Shown here one piece after another: positions 18,301-33,045 of a stretch of DNA of 64,000 bases (positions are counted from its first letter, which is position 1; every line of letters begins with the position of its first letter). This DNA comes from Flaccisagitta enflata (Eukaryota), in the NCBI GenBank assembly GCA_965153355.1, contig OZ231126.1:37386001-37450000 (forward strand). Reading direction: 5' to 3'. Position numbers and translations under genes: made by a program. The notes below the pieces were generated by a model. It was not told the DNA's origin. It saw nothing but the letters and a program-made list of their open reading frames with translations, and ran no database searches.

Positions 18301-18527
18301 GGGTGATAGAAGGAGAAAAAAAACGACAAAGAAACCGAGAAAGATCGATGGATAGAGACGGGGATGTAAAAAAGCGAGAGAGGTGGGGGAGAATAAATGA
18401 GACAATGATGGATGTCTGTAAAGCTTACAACGTGGCTGTGAATTTTTGTACATAATAAAGCGCCCGATTTCAACCGTGATAACGAGACTCCCGAGAGTTT
18501 ATAACTTGGCTCCTTTCTATTTTTCGT

Positions 18528-18870
18528 TTTTAGTCGCGTGCACGCGACTCTACACCCCATTGTACTTTTACATTCTCGCTTTGTCCGTCCATTAAACGTC
18601 GCATTGTCGGTCCGTCCGTCCGTCCGTCCGTCCGTCGACAATGTCCGCTTACCTTTACTTTTTTGTAATATAACGTCAACTCTAGGTAATTTGTGTCTTT
18701 TTTTAGTTTCACAACAGTTATTCAAGTCATTGGAGTCATTCTAAGTCACTCCCAAGTCATTTTAAGTTATTTTAGGTCATTTTTGGTCAATAGGTTTTTT
18801 AGTCATTTTAAGTCCTTTTTGGACATTTTAAGTCATTTTAAGTCATTCTATGTCATTCTAAGTCATTTTT
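18528..18870 (+). mobile_element. 3'-truncated HINE-like element, family A, with internal AGTCATTTTA decamer repeats
   Basis: TTTTAGTCGCGTGCACGCGACTCTAC start and (GTCC)n. The decamer tract is also seen in the 51857 copy. Confidence 0.8.
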
Positions 18871-19542
18871 GTACATAATAAAGCGCCCGATTTCAACCGT
18901 GATAACGAGACTCCCGAGAGTTTATAACTTGGCTCTTTTCTATTTTTCGTTGTTTTAAATAGTCGCATGAAATTGACGATGTACCTGACCAAGTAGGTTA
19001 GATGGTTGGTTGTTAGTTGGGTAATCAGTATATCTGTCTCATTCTTCCACTTTTTGGGCACCGGCTGCGAAGAGGACATTCATCTTTGCTTTCACAAACG
19101 GGGATATTTCTCATATGTTCATTTGCCCCCCTTCCCCCCTTTATGATTCAAAACCCAGTCTCATAGGTCAAAATGCCAGCCTTGAGGCGCACATCCTAGC
19201 CTCAAGGCCCAAATCCCATCCTCGAGACCCAAATCCCAACCTCGAGACCCAAATCCTAGCCTTGACATCCAAATCCCAGCCTTGGTGTGCAAATTCCAGA
19301 GCTAGGCCTAACCCTCCCGCTGCCTTGAGTCCTAAATCCCAGGCTCAATACATAAATCCTAGCCTTGAGGCCCTTATCCAGCCTTGTTGCTTTAAACTCG
19401 GCCTTTTAAGCCAAATCCCAGCCTTAAAGCCCAAATCTTAGCCTCAGAGCACAAGTGCTAGTTAGGGCCCAAGTCTCAGCCTTCCATCTTAACCTCCCAG
19501 ACAATTATGAGAGATAAGCATACTGGAATTCATATGCCGCCG

Positions 19543-20285
19543 CTTTTTTGGGCAGCGGCCCCGAAGGGGACGAAGTCCTGTAGAACACAGGGGGAATCTG
19601 TCCGTCCGTCCGTCCGTACATCCGTACGTCTGCTCCCTCCCAGCCTCATCCTCAGGGCTTTGTACTTTGGGGCCCAACCAAAGGCCCAACTAAGAAACAC
19701 GCAAATTCAGGCAAATGTAATATTACCCATGGCAAAATGGCCCAAACTATATAAAATGGGCCAAATCTGGCTTAAAAACCTGAATTTTGGCCCCTTTAAC
19801 TTAGATTCTGGCTTCTAGAACCCACCTCCTAGTCTTAAAGACCCAGATCCTGATCTCTGGGACCCAAATTCTGACCTCCAAGACCTAGGTTCTGGCCTGA
19901 AAGACTTAAATCCTAGCCTCAAAGACCTAAATCCTAGCCTCAGAGACTCAGATTCTGGCCTCAGAGACCCAGATTCTGGCCTCAGAGACCCAGATTCTGG
20001 CCCGCTCTTCCCTCAATTCAACCTACAAATTTGAGAAGTTCAAGGGTACCATTGTCCATGAACTGCCTTTTGTCATTTCTCTATGGTATTCAATGAAAAT
20101 TTGAATAACAGGGCATCCTGGACAGAAGGCAGACGGACGGACGGGCGATTCGATGGACAGATTTAAGGTAATGCAAGTAGACTGCCCTTCGCCGCTGCCC
20201 TGCTCCTTTCAACCTAAACCACTTCCCATTACTCAAGCAGGGCACGGTACCGCTGACCACTTACTGCCTTTGGGCTGCTATTCTT
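19543..20285 (+). mobile_element. HINE-like element, family D, with internal 21-bp tandem repeats
   Basis: TTTTTTGGGCAGCGGCCCCGAAGGGGAC start, (GTCC)n, 21-mers like CAGATTCTGGCCTCAGAGACC, and a 3' GGTACCGCTGACCA region. Confidence 0.7.
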
Positions 20286-20939
20286 TTTTGATGTTACCAT
20301 CAATACAGTCTCTTATGCTAAATTATAAGGAAACTACATGCTTAAACATTGAAAACTGATGGAAAATTGAGGAAGGGAGTTGTTGTCTTGTGGTTCCCTT
20401 CATTAGAAATTGTTTTTGCCTTTCTGCTTAAGCTTTAGAAAAAAAAAATTCATATGATTAACTTTTTTCAAAATCACTGAAAAGTGCAGGGTAATACCCC
20501 TTTTTAGGCTTCCCCAGCGGCGCTCTTCTTTACACATGATTCTTCAGAATTCCCCGTGAACTCTAGCATAGGTCCTTTTGGCCTAGCATAACAAGAGATC
20601 ATGCAAAGTCATGGGAAAGTTCTCTATCAGAGGGATATGACTCAAAATCATGTTCACAGATAAACCACAGCAAAAATTTGGTCCTGAGACCTTTAAAGAT
20701 TGCCGCCGCCACCCCCCCTTCATATCCCATAGAAAATGAATGGGAAAGATTTTTGCTTATATTTTACTATGGGAACCAGTCGCCCAAGGGCAATATGTGG
20801 TCAGCGATACCCATTGCCCTGCTTCGTATGTTAGTGATTGTAAGGATAGCAGGGCATGCCCGAAGGGGCGACGATGTCCTGTAGAACACAGGGGACTTTC
20901 GTGCCTGCCTGTCATCCGTCTGTCCATCTGTCTGTCTGC

Positions 20940-21453
20940 AGGCTCGAGGCTGGGATTTTAAAGTAAGAGGTTGGATCTGGAGCTGAGGCTGGGATTTTAG
21001 CCTGGAGGCTGGAATCTGGCCTGAGGCTGGATCGAGCCTGAGGTTGGGATTAGAGCCTGGAGGCTGGGATTAGAGCCTCGAGGCTAGGAGCTGAGCCTGG
21101 AGGTTGGGATTGTGAGCCCGGGAGGTTGTGATTAGAGCCTGGGAGGTTGTGATTTGAGCCTGGGAGGCTGGGATTTGAGCCTGGAGGCTGGAATTTGAGC
21201 CTGGAGGCTGGAATTTGAGCCTGAAGGCTGAGATTTGAGCCTGGAGGCTGGGATTTGAGCCTCAAGGCTGGGATTTGAGCCTTGAGGGTAGGCCCCCATG
21301 AGGGTGGGATTTGAGCCTTGAGGCCAGGATTTGAGCCTCAAGGCGGGGGGGGACGCATGGACGCACGGACGCACGGACGGATGGACGGACGAACGAACAA
21401 AAGTCCCCCTGTGTTCTAAAGGACATCGTCCCCTGCGGGGCCGCTGCCCAAAA
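20940..21453 (-). mobile_element. HINE-like family D 5' portion with 21-bp tandem array
   Basis: Reverse complement of the 19543 head at 21345-21453. (GGCTGGGATTTGAGCCTGGA)-type 21-mers. Confidence 0.72.
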
Positions 21454-21630
21454 GGGGCAGGTGGTGGCGCCAATTTTTAGGAGTTCCAGGGCTAAATTCT
21501 GTTCATGGACCATCTGTAAACATGATTTTGGGCCATATCCCTCTGATAGAGAACTTTTCTATGACATCGCATTATTTGTTGTTAGGCCCCTCTTACCATC
21601 TCACCATCTCATCCCACTATCACTAACATA

Positions 21631-22381
21631 CACCTCTTTTAGATCGGACTGTCACCAAAATAACCTATATTACTCCAAAACTATTCATAGTAGTTTTTTT
21701 TTCCCCTGACATATAATTTGATTAACTTTTGCTACGAGCAAAGAAAGTCCCACTGATTCAAAGATTTAAGCCTCCTACTTATTTAAGTATGAATCAATAT
21801 TGCATGTCTTTCATGGAAAGATTTTTCCCCAACGACTTATTGCTTACTTTATTTCTTATAGTTGTCAGTTCTTAACAAATTAAGCTAAAATGTTGGGATT
21901 GGTATTGAATTTGAGAGAATTTAACATACTTTTTGATGTAAGCAAAAAATGGTCTCATTAATTTCACTTTTGAGCAATTTTCAGACAATAATCCAAAGAT
22001 TTCTCAAATCTTAGGATTTTTGCAGTGTTTGGGATTCAAAATCAGTCATCACTGCTTCAAGCAAGTCAAATCTCTTCGTCGTTCCATCAAAACTTCATTA
22101 ATTCCTCATAACCAACGCTGTAGGTCCAGTCTGGTTGAAATGGAAAAGCACTATAGTTATTTCAACCTTATTTTCCCTATGTAAAAGGACAATTTCTGGC
22201 TGATATAGACAATTTTTTTCATGAGATTAAAGTCAATCTATTAACACTGGAGCTTTATTTGTTTATTTGGAACAAAACTTAATCAAATTATCTACCTCAG
22301 AAAAAAAAAATCAGGTTGTTGTCTTGAGTATTTCATGAGTAACATAGGTTCTTTCCGCGACAGTCCGATCTAAAAGCGGTG
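21631..22381. mobile_element. TA-flanked MITE (Tc1/mariner-type ends), 23-bp TIRs
   Basis: TA|CACCTCTTTTAGATCGGACTGTC ... GACAGTCCGATCTAAAAGCGGTG|TA, 1 mismatch. Confidence 0.88.
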
Positions 22382-23867
22382 TAGGAGCATCAGGTACCGC
22401 CGACCATCTAACGCTAAGCAACGGTATTTTTCACATTAATAGTCAGTCGGGCGTTTGCAACGCATATCCTATTTTCAGTCAATATCCAATTGATTTTGCA
22501 CCATTGTCTCATCCCAGTTTCTATCTGGCCAAAAAAATCAACGCTCTCCTGGCCAACCGCATCCGTGCCTTGTTCATTTTGTTTTCCTGCGAATTTCTCC
22601 TCAATTTTACTTTTTATCTCGTTTTTGTTTCTTTTTTTTCTTGTTGCATTAAGTAATTATGAGCCAAGTAAAGTGTGGGCGGGGAAACTAGTGACTGAAA
22701 AAATAACAACGTTAATAAATCGAGAAAAAAAAGTACACACACGCGGTCGACAGCATCAACATCAACATACCTGAGTCGCGTTTACGTTGGACTGAACATG
22801 AACAGGGTCTGAATTGGTTAGCCTAACCAACACAACTTTCCGGGTCTGGTGTATGCCAACCATGGTGGCCGCAATGGCCCAATTCCCTTGATAGGAGAAC
22901 AGCTAACAGGCCCAAATACATGTAGACCAATACACGCGCCGAGTGGATCATTTGGAAAAAAGTCGAAGAGACGAAGTCCCTTCGGTCTTTTTGAGTCCTG
23001 CAGAGAAAAACGGATTTCCCTTTGTTTTATGAGGCGTTTGAGCAAGTTGGTGCATTTTTGGGGCAGAACGAGACTACACATGAAATTAATAGCTAAGGAA
23101 GAGCTAATTCTCCTCTTTCAGATGACGCCAAGCAGAATTCTGTGTGATCGATAGTTTTGGAGCTATGATTTTTAAATCTTTATTTTTTTCGTGATTTTTC
23201 TATTTTCCCCAAAACGTGGAATCGAAAGCTAATTGTTTCTCTCTCTCACTCTCTTCTTCTATCTCATTTTCTCAAGCAGTATTTACGACTTTTTTCCTGC
23301 GGCGATTAGCCGCCCTTATTAGTAAAATTTTCGTGACGGTCCGACAAACGGAGAGGACAGGTATAGAGGTGCTTTGGCACACGTTAAAAAAAGACGCTAA
23401 TGTTCAATATTGTTTGAGGAGGTGCCCAGTTGACGAGAAATAAAGTGCTAACTAGCATGACATCTTGATAAAAAGAACAATAAACAATCATAACAACAAC
23501 ATGAAATACCAACTGACCATCCAACAAGGAAGCAACTGAGTAAATTAACGCAGTAAATATAAGCCCCTAAAAAGATTCTTTTTACGAAGGCGTTTTTGTA
23601 AATATTGATTGACTCCGAACGGCGACGGAATGTGATTCAGTCGAGGATTAACGGTAATTCGGTCAATGCGGTTATTCATTGTGTAAACAAGTACTTCACA
23701 AGTCTGCGCCCGCTGATTGCGTTTGGAGACCGCGTGATGAATGACGACAATCACGACATGGCCCAGTTGGGATGATAAATAACAATCTCGTAACAACGAC
23801 AACGACAATATTGGCCACAAAAAACAGCAACAATGTACAAAAAATAAGTCATTGAGAAAAGCGGCAG

Positions 23868-23868
23868 C

Positions 23869-23954
<86 letters not shown>

Positions 23955-23986
23955 CGACAACCACAACAACCACAACAACAACAACC

Positions 23987-24056
<70 letters not shown>

Positions 24057-24153
24057 CCTTAACCACCACCACAATCATAACTATCAACAACAACAACAAT
24101 ACCAACAACAACAATAAACAAAACAACAAATAACAACAACAACAACAATAACT

Positions 24154-24232
<79 letters not shown>
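23868..24232. repeat. (CAA)n microsatellite, imperfect
   Basis: Direct reading. Confidence 0.95.
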
Positions 24233-24357
24233 CCGTGGACATTTAAAAAAAAAGATTCTGTCATCATTCGTTCATTATTTCCCTACTGCCGCTTGAATTT
24301 GTTTTACACGATTCCTTTCATTTGGTAACCAAATGGCAATCGAGAGTAAGATCTGTA

Positions 24358-25106
24358 CCCTGCTTTCAAAAGCGACTGGAACCAGCAAAACCTTTATTAA
24401 AATATTCATATTTAGAAATCCAGATTGGTTTTGTCTTAAAGCACATAACCTACCATTTATTCATGCAAAATTTCAATGTTGTGGCTCCAGCAGTTTGACT
24501 TCCACACAGTTTTAAATGAAAATGTGGTGAGTCCTTTGAAAGGCTCCTCATGAAATTGATAGATAGACTGTCATAACCTTAAAACAGTGTTATTGTCATA
24601 TGAATCAAATGAAAATAGCCAGATTGGTCTTAAAACATAGATATGATTCTAGGTTTATGTATCTCTAGGCAAATAGATCAAATTTGTGATATTCATATAG
24701 CAAATCCGAATTTTCCTCTGTTGTTTTGAGGTCTGACAAGGTTTTTCGTCCAATCAATTGTCAAAGAAAGCCTAAATTTCCTTGAAAATCGTGAGAAATC
24801 AAAACTGATGCGACAGGTGGGTCAATTACTACCCAATTATGAGCAATTGGTCATTCCAGCTCAATGTTAATGAAATTGATTTGACTATATTGATGCAAAC
24901 TTGTTAAAAAATGCAATTTTTGAGCAAAATTTCATTAAATTTCATCAAATTTCAAAAGTAGGTGGAAGCCAAACTGCTAGAACCACTGATACAAAATTTT
25001 GCATGTAGGTTATGTGCTTTTAGACAAAACCAATCTAGATTTTTCAATATGGATACTTTAATCATAATAAAGGTTTTACTGGTTCCAGTTGCTTTTGAAA
25101 ACAGGG
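24358..25106. mobile_element. TA-flanked MITE with ~155-bp diverged TIRs
   Basis: TA|CCCTGCTTTCAAAAGCGACTGGAACCAG ... CTGGTTCCAGTTGCTTTTGAAAACAGGG|TA. Mirror translations KATGTSKTFI appear on both strands in the ORF track. Confidence 0.88.
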
Positions 25107-25513
25107 TATACATCTCCGCTGCCGATCGACGGAGGTGCCTAGAAGGAGAGTTTGGGAAGAAAATTGGGTTTATTTGAATCTTTTCGTATCGAGATGCTAT
25201 ATTCACCCTTTTCGATGTTGTTTTTCTTTTTTTGATTTAAACCTCAAATCAAGCTCCACCACCTTTTGCCAACCATCCTGCACCTGCCACCACTCAACCC
25301 CCAAATCTACCACCCCACACTTAACCTTTACCTTTGACTTCTTATTAAATCTACCTCCCAACAGCCATTTCCCTCCTACATGCACCAACCACCCTTCAAC
25401 AGGCCAGGAAAAAAACCTCAAGCCCAACTTTTTTCTTGCTGCGTCACATCTAAGAAAATAAATACATCAACCAAGTAAGAAGAATTGAAGATTATTTCTG
25501 AGATAAAAAAAGG

Positions 25514-25645
25514 TTTTAGGTTTGCCAAAGCAACTCTTTTAACTGGCTGTGTCCGTCGGTTGGATGGCCTGTCGGTCGGTCGGTCGGTAACGCAAACGTT
25601 TGACGATCTATACGGCGCATCTACTTGGTCTACTTGGTCTTGTTT
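25514..25645 (+). mobile_element. Degenerate HINE-like element, family C
   Basis: AACTGGCTGTGTCCGT, GGTC repeats and CTACTTGGTCTTGTT end, similar to 17967-18102. Confidence 0.65.
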
Positions 25646-26095
25646 TTTTGTCGCGAACACGCGACTCTACACCTTGCCATGCCGGTCGGCAAGGTCCGGC
25701 AAAATTTTTGGCTGCCTACAAGCAGGATTTTTCAGTGGCTTTCTGCCTACAATAGAATTAAATAATTTTAAAACGTTTTTTATATATTCTAGGTTCAGAA
25801 TTACAAATTTATTTGAAATCTCTCTCAAATCCAACTAATTGGAAACTAAGAAAAACAAAATTTTGATGTTGAGATTAAAAACATTTTTTTTCTCATATTT
25901 CCATTATAAATTCTTCATATATTTTTATCTCCTGCCTACGAACAATGCTCGCGCGCTCGGGCACTTTGCCGTACCCTTCCGGTCGGTCCATCCATCCGTC
26001 CCTCCATCCCTCCGTCCCTCCCTGCGACACTGAAATAAGGCCGTACCTTATTTCGATTATACAATAAATCTCTCTTTTCTCACTCTCGAGAAAGA

Positions 26096-26197
<102 letters not shown>

Positions 26198-26228
26198 GAA
26201 GAGGAAAAAGAGAGAGAGAGAAATAAAG

Positions 26229-26313
<85 letters not shown>

Positions 26314-26453
26314 TAAATAAAAAAAATAAGGTGCAAAGAAGATGCTTATTTTTGAAATATCGCTACATGATGCGAATGCGTAGACGCTAGTCTAATTACG
26401 AGATTCGGGAGTAAAAACATGAATTACATGAATTTTTTTGAAGAAGGAAAAAC

Positions 26454-26546
<93 letters not shown>

Positions 26547-26689
26547 GAGAACAGAAAAAAAAACAGAGGCTGTCGCCAAAAGATGTGAATTGCACCATGT
26601 TTACTTATGATAAATTATTTCAATAAAATGTTGAAATATGAAAAGAAATCAAAAAAGATTAGATAGTATAGAAACAAAACCTAATATAA

Positions 26690-27110
26690 AGGAAAGACAA
26701 CTTAAAGACAAGACCTATTTTAGGGGAAAGACAGCACAGAGTCAAGACCCAGTATTGAGGAAAGACAGCAGAAAAATATAACTCAGTATTTGGGAAAGAA
26801 GGCAGAGAGTCAAAACCCAGTGTAGGGGAAAGACAGCAGAAAGACAAAACCCAATGTAGGGGAAAGACGGCAGAGAGTAAAAACCCAGTGTAAAAGAGAC
26901 TAACCCAATAATGGGGGAAGACAGCAGAGAGACAAATCCTATATAAGGGAAAGACAGCAGAGAGCCAAAACCCTATATGTGGGAAAGACGGCAGAGACAC
27001 AAAACCCTAAATGAGGGAAAGACGGCAGTGATACAGAACCCTACATGAGGGAAAGACGGCAGAGATACAAAACCCTATGTGAGGGAAAGACGGCAGAGAC
27101 ACAAAGCCCG
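26690..27110. repeat. ~39-bp minisatellite, about 11 diverged copies
   Basis: GGGAAAGAC(A/G)GCAGAGA..CAAAACCC recurs every 38-40 bp. Confidence 0.9.
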
Positions 27111-27952
27111 GAAGGCAAAAAAAAAGGGAAAAAAAGAAGTAGAGTCATGGGCTGATGCTAAAGTGAATTGCTAAAGCAATTCACAATGAGAAGGGAAAGA
27201 GAGTGGGGAGGTTCTTTTGGTATTTCGCAATGAGTCGAGTGTACTTTGGAAAGGGTACATTGAAAACGGGGTGAAACCTTTTTTCAAGGGGTTAAAAGAG
27301 AAATGCCGCCTGAGAAAAAAATTCACTAAAAAAAAAGTATTTCACATTAAGTTCTAAATTTTCAACCTTGGGCCGATGATGATTTATATCCTGCTTGTCT
27401 CTTTCGGTTTCTAATTGAAATCAATGATGTCGCTTAGTTTCCCCTAACGAGGTTGAACTTGCTATCTCTATCTCCATTTCGTTATATCTGTCTTTGTCTA
27501 TCACTACCATCTCTTTGAGTTTCTTTGTCTGTCTGTGTCTTTCTTTGTCTTTCTTTGTCTATTTTTGCCTGTCTGTGTTTCATCTTCTGTATATATTTCT
27601 TTTTCTGTCTGTGTCTGTCTGTGTGTCTGATTCTGTCTGATTCTGTCTCTCTCTCTCTCTGCCTTTCATTCCTAATAACTTCACCCATCAATCAATACAC
27701 TTGCTCGTAGCATTCATTAAACTAACACTAAAGAGCCCCGAATGTTTTCTTTGGATCTAAAAGCAAAACCATCATTTTCGAAACCGCGGGAAGCTTCAGC
27801 GTGTCTCCTTGTCAAGTCCATTCCTGTTTCTCGTTCAAGTCAACTGGATCAACGTTAGTTAATCAATTTACTTCTGACTCATCATTTTCTTTCAGAGTCG
27901 TTTAATAAACGAGTGATAAAAGAGTGATAAACGAGTAATTAATTTGGACTTG

Positions 27953-28083
27953 ATCTAGGTACTCCGTCATTAATGCTTTAGTTGTATAGAATTGATTGCT
28001 GGAGTTATGAGAGAAATTTCTTCCGTAGCATTTCTATACAACTACAGCAATTCTATACAACTACAGCATTGATGCCGGAGTAC

Positions 28084-28089
<6 letters not shown>
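27953..28089. mobile_element. Small foldback/MITE, almost wholly palindromic
   Basis: ATCTAGGTACTCCG..TAATGCT.TAGTTGTATAGAATTG mirrored by CAATTCTATACAACTA.AGCATT..CGGAGTACCTAGAT. Confidence 0.75.
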
Positions 28090-29585
<1,496 letters not shown>

Positions 29586-31176
29586 ATGAAGTCCCAAACA
29601 ATTTTCCATAGAGATTGGGCCCTTGCCATGCAAAAGGAATAAGAAAAGTGATTGGAAACAATGTTTTATTCTTATGCTCAAATTGTGCCCATTCTATTAC
29701 GCGCTTGCAAAGGGGCAGAGGACGTCATTCGAGTGGGCAGGGGCAGTAGTCTGGGTGGACAGGGCCAGCAATGCTCAGAAATCACTATTCCAGGCGTAAT
29801 TCACGACTTTCAATAACTAACGACACCTATGAAGAAATCCTCTTTCATAATCTTGAAGCAAGCAGCAAGTTAACGCTAACCGGTAAACAGGGGGTGTGAT
29901 TGAACTTCCCATGATTTCGTCTGAACTGCGGGGAAGTAGACAGGATTTCGGGGTTCATGATCATGAACCTTCCAAAATAAGCAAGAATTAGATTCAACAA
30001 TTCATAGGAACCGGTGCAACTACTTGCCTCAGCTTTAGCTATGTTTGAAAAGAAGAAATATGTTTTTTGGTTGATGAGTTAAATAGCTAACTGCATCATC
30101 ACAAGATTTAGAGGATTTGCTTCATCCAATTACTACACGAAAATGGAAGAGAACTATAATTTGTTATTTTCCTGTGAAAGTCAACCTAAATTCTTAGTAT
30201 TTCTAATTGATTTCTGGTTTGGATGGTGGCACTGCATTATGCATATGAGCATTTATAAAAGGGGGTTAAACTGCTTGCCGGGAGTAAAGGGTGATCAGGC
30301 AAATGTGGTTATGTTCAGGAATCTTTGCAGGTCCGCCTGCTTGACTAGTTGTGGACACGTAGTTCTACAGGAGGTTTTGACCGTCAGGCGGTCCGTTGAT
30401 CCGTCCGTCCGCCCGTCCGTGGGTCATGCTCGAGTTTGAAAGCGTGAAGACGCGCATTCACGACTCTGTAGTTGGGAGTGTGCGTGGCATGGGGAGGGTA
30501 TGGATGGGGGTTGTACGCGCCTGCTCAGTGCTTACCTGATCACTGCCCCCGCCCCAAAAGCAATTATGACAATCTTGACTGATACGATCCCATGCACCTG
30601 CTTTTTCTGTTGCTCCAAGAAACGATGTACAAAAGCATATGAAATTTCTACTACATTAGAGTTGGTTTTAACACTATTTCGGGTTATGTTGCGGTTTCGT
30701 ATAGACTGTTTACTTCATGGATATATTCTGCCCCTGCTCAGAATTCTTCTTCTTTATCACGCCGCACCGTGTATTAGCTTTTTAGCAAATAGTCCAACTG
30801 TCGGTTCCTCCAATCTCTCTTTTCAAAATTCGCACGAAAGAACCATTTCAACTGTCATGTCCATCCTTCAAACACGTCAACTCTGGCATGAAGTCATTCA
30901 TTTGCTCTGGCTATTGTTGTACCAAAATCATTGTTTGGTCCAGACAGTCGTGTCAAGGTGTCCCCGAGTCATTGACATACAATCAACTGCACCTTTCGAC
31001 CAAAGAATTGGCGATGTCCTCTGAGGCATCTCATCTTTCCTAGATCCCGCGATGCCGAATCGGGAATTCAATTGTTTGATCATGAATTGAGAAGAAAATT
31101 GAAAATGAGCGCGAATTACCAACGCCTGTTCTTCAGGTTGGTTGTTCGGTCAGTCATTAAGATTTGTCTATCCTCG

Positions 31177-31596
<420 letters not shown>

Positions 31597-32998
31597 TTCG
31601 TGCCTATGGGAAATCGAAAGAGTAGGAAATCAAAACAACCAGTATCCGAGCTGAACTGCCTCCAGACACATATTCTGCATCTGCTTAAAAGGCCCAAATA
31701 AAATCCGAGCTCACGAGCTTCGATCACAGCACCCGGGGTTGCGTGGATTTTCTTCTACGTCCAGGTAAAAAAATCACATCAAATGAAACTTACCTGATTT
31801 GTACTTTGGACCCCGCAGCCCAAGTAAAGCCTATTTTGGCAATACGCCAATACCAGGAAAACGACAAACGAATACGTGCTATCCACGTTAAAAAAAGCCA
31901 CTACCACTACCTCGTATTCTTATATACAATATCGGACTGTCCCAGTGACTCCCGTCCTTGTTCGCTTCCTGTAATTCCCTCCTCACCTCCGCATGTACGA
32001 TTCATATATCTGAGTGTTTTATTTTCTCGCTTTTTTATTCGAAATTGTATATCAGTTGTTTTTTTTCTACCACTTTTCTTTTCGAAACACCTTTTTGTCT
32101 AACCCTCTCTACGCTTCCCTCTCTCTCGAATGCGTCGGTTTTTTCCCTCTTCTGCGGTTTCTTCAATCATTTTGCCTCCTCTTTTTCCTCCTTCCTTTCA
32201 CCAACATCAACGCGTTCTTGTAAGACAGACGGCGGAGAAGTTGTTAAGAAATTGAGAGTGGATGGACGAGAGATTGGAAGAGTGTTTGAGGACGTCGCCG
32301 TCCTGATGAAACATAGCGTCGGCGCATGGGATGGAGTCGCAGATTGTTGGATACATTCAACGTGAAGTATGCTACGTGCAATATACTACATTGCATTGCA
32401 TACTACATTGCAAATCTAATGAAAGACAAACATTAGTCTAGGCGATTGTAATTACAGGTCTCACTACTTCCTATAGGGACGATTTTACCTGACCATGATG
32501 AGAAAAACAAATGGGTCGTCGGTCACGACTTGTTGCAAGCTCTCTTCCCAAAGCCTGGTGGCGCCGTTCATTATATGCCTCATCGATTTCAGCGTCGACG
32601 TCGGCCGAGCCGAAGTCGCATCGTGGCGCCGACGCCTCAACTTTGTTGCTTCTTGTTATTTTTCTACTCTCAATGTAAAGAAAATTGGGAGAAACTACTC
32701 GAGGGAGAACGAAGAGGGAGAAGAGAGAACGGAAAACTCAAGTAAAGGAAAACTTAAAACAAGTTAAAAAAAGAAGCAAATGAAGAAAAAAAATATATGT
32801 ATATTAGGAAGACGTCGACGACGACGATGAAGACGACGGATCCGAAGACTGCGACGACGATGACGACGATAAAGACGGAGCAGCAGCGCGCCCGCAGTGA
32901 TGATCCGGGCGGCGTCGGCTGCGGCCAACGGCGCCGCTTTTTTCAACTCGCGCTGCCGCAGATTTTTTTGAAGGGGAGCTCGTCGTCCAGCGAATCTC

Positions 32999-33045
<47 letters not shown>

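Noticed and set aside
23712-23755. Resemblance to miR-219 (TGATTGTC and TCCAAACGCAAT on the minus strand)
   Set aside because: The two parts are separated by about 19 nt, with no contiguous mature sequence or clear pre-miRNA hairpin.
26690-27110. CRISPR-like periodicity
   Set aside because: The variable parts are homologous to each other rather than unique spacers. No cas genes, and the context is eukaryotic.
30500-31024. 174-aa ORF
   Set aside because: Starts in degenerate repeat sequence and has no recognisable motif.
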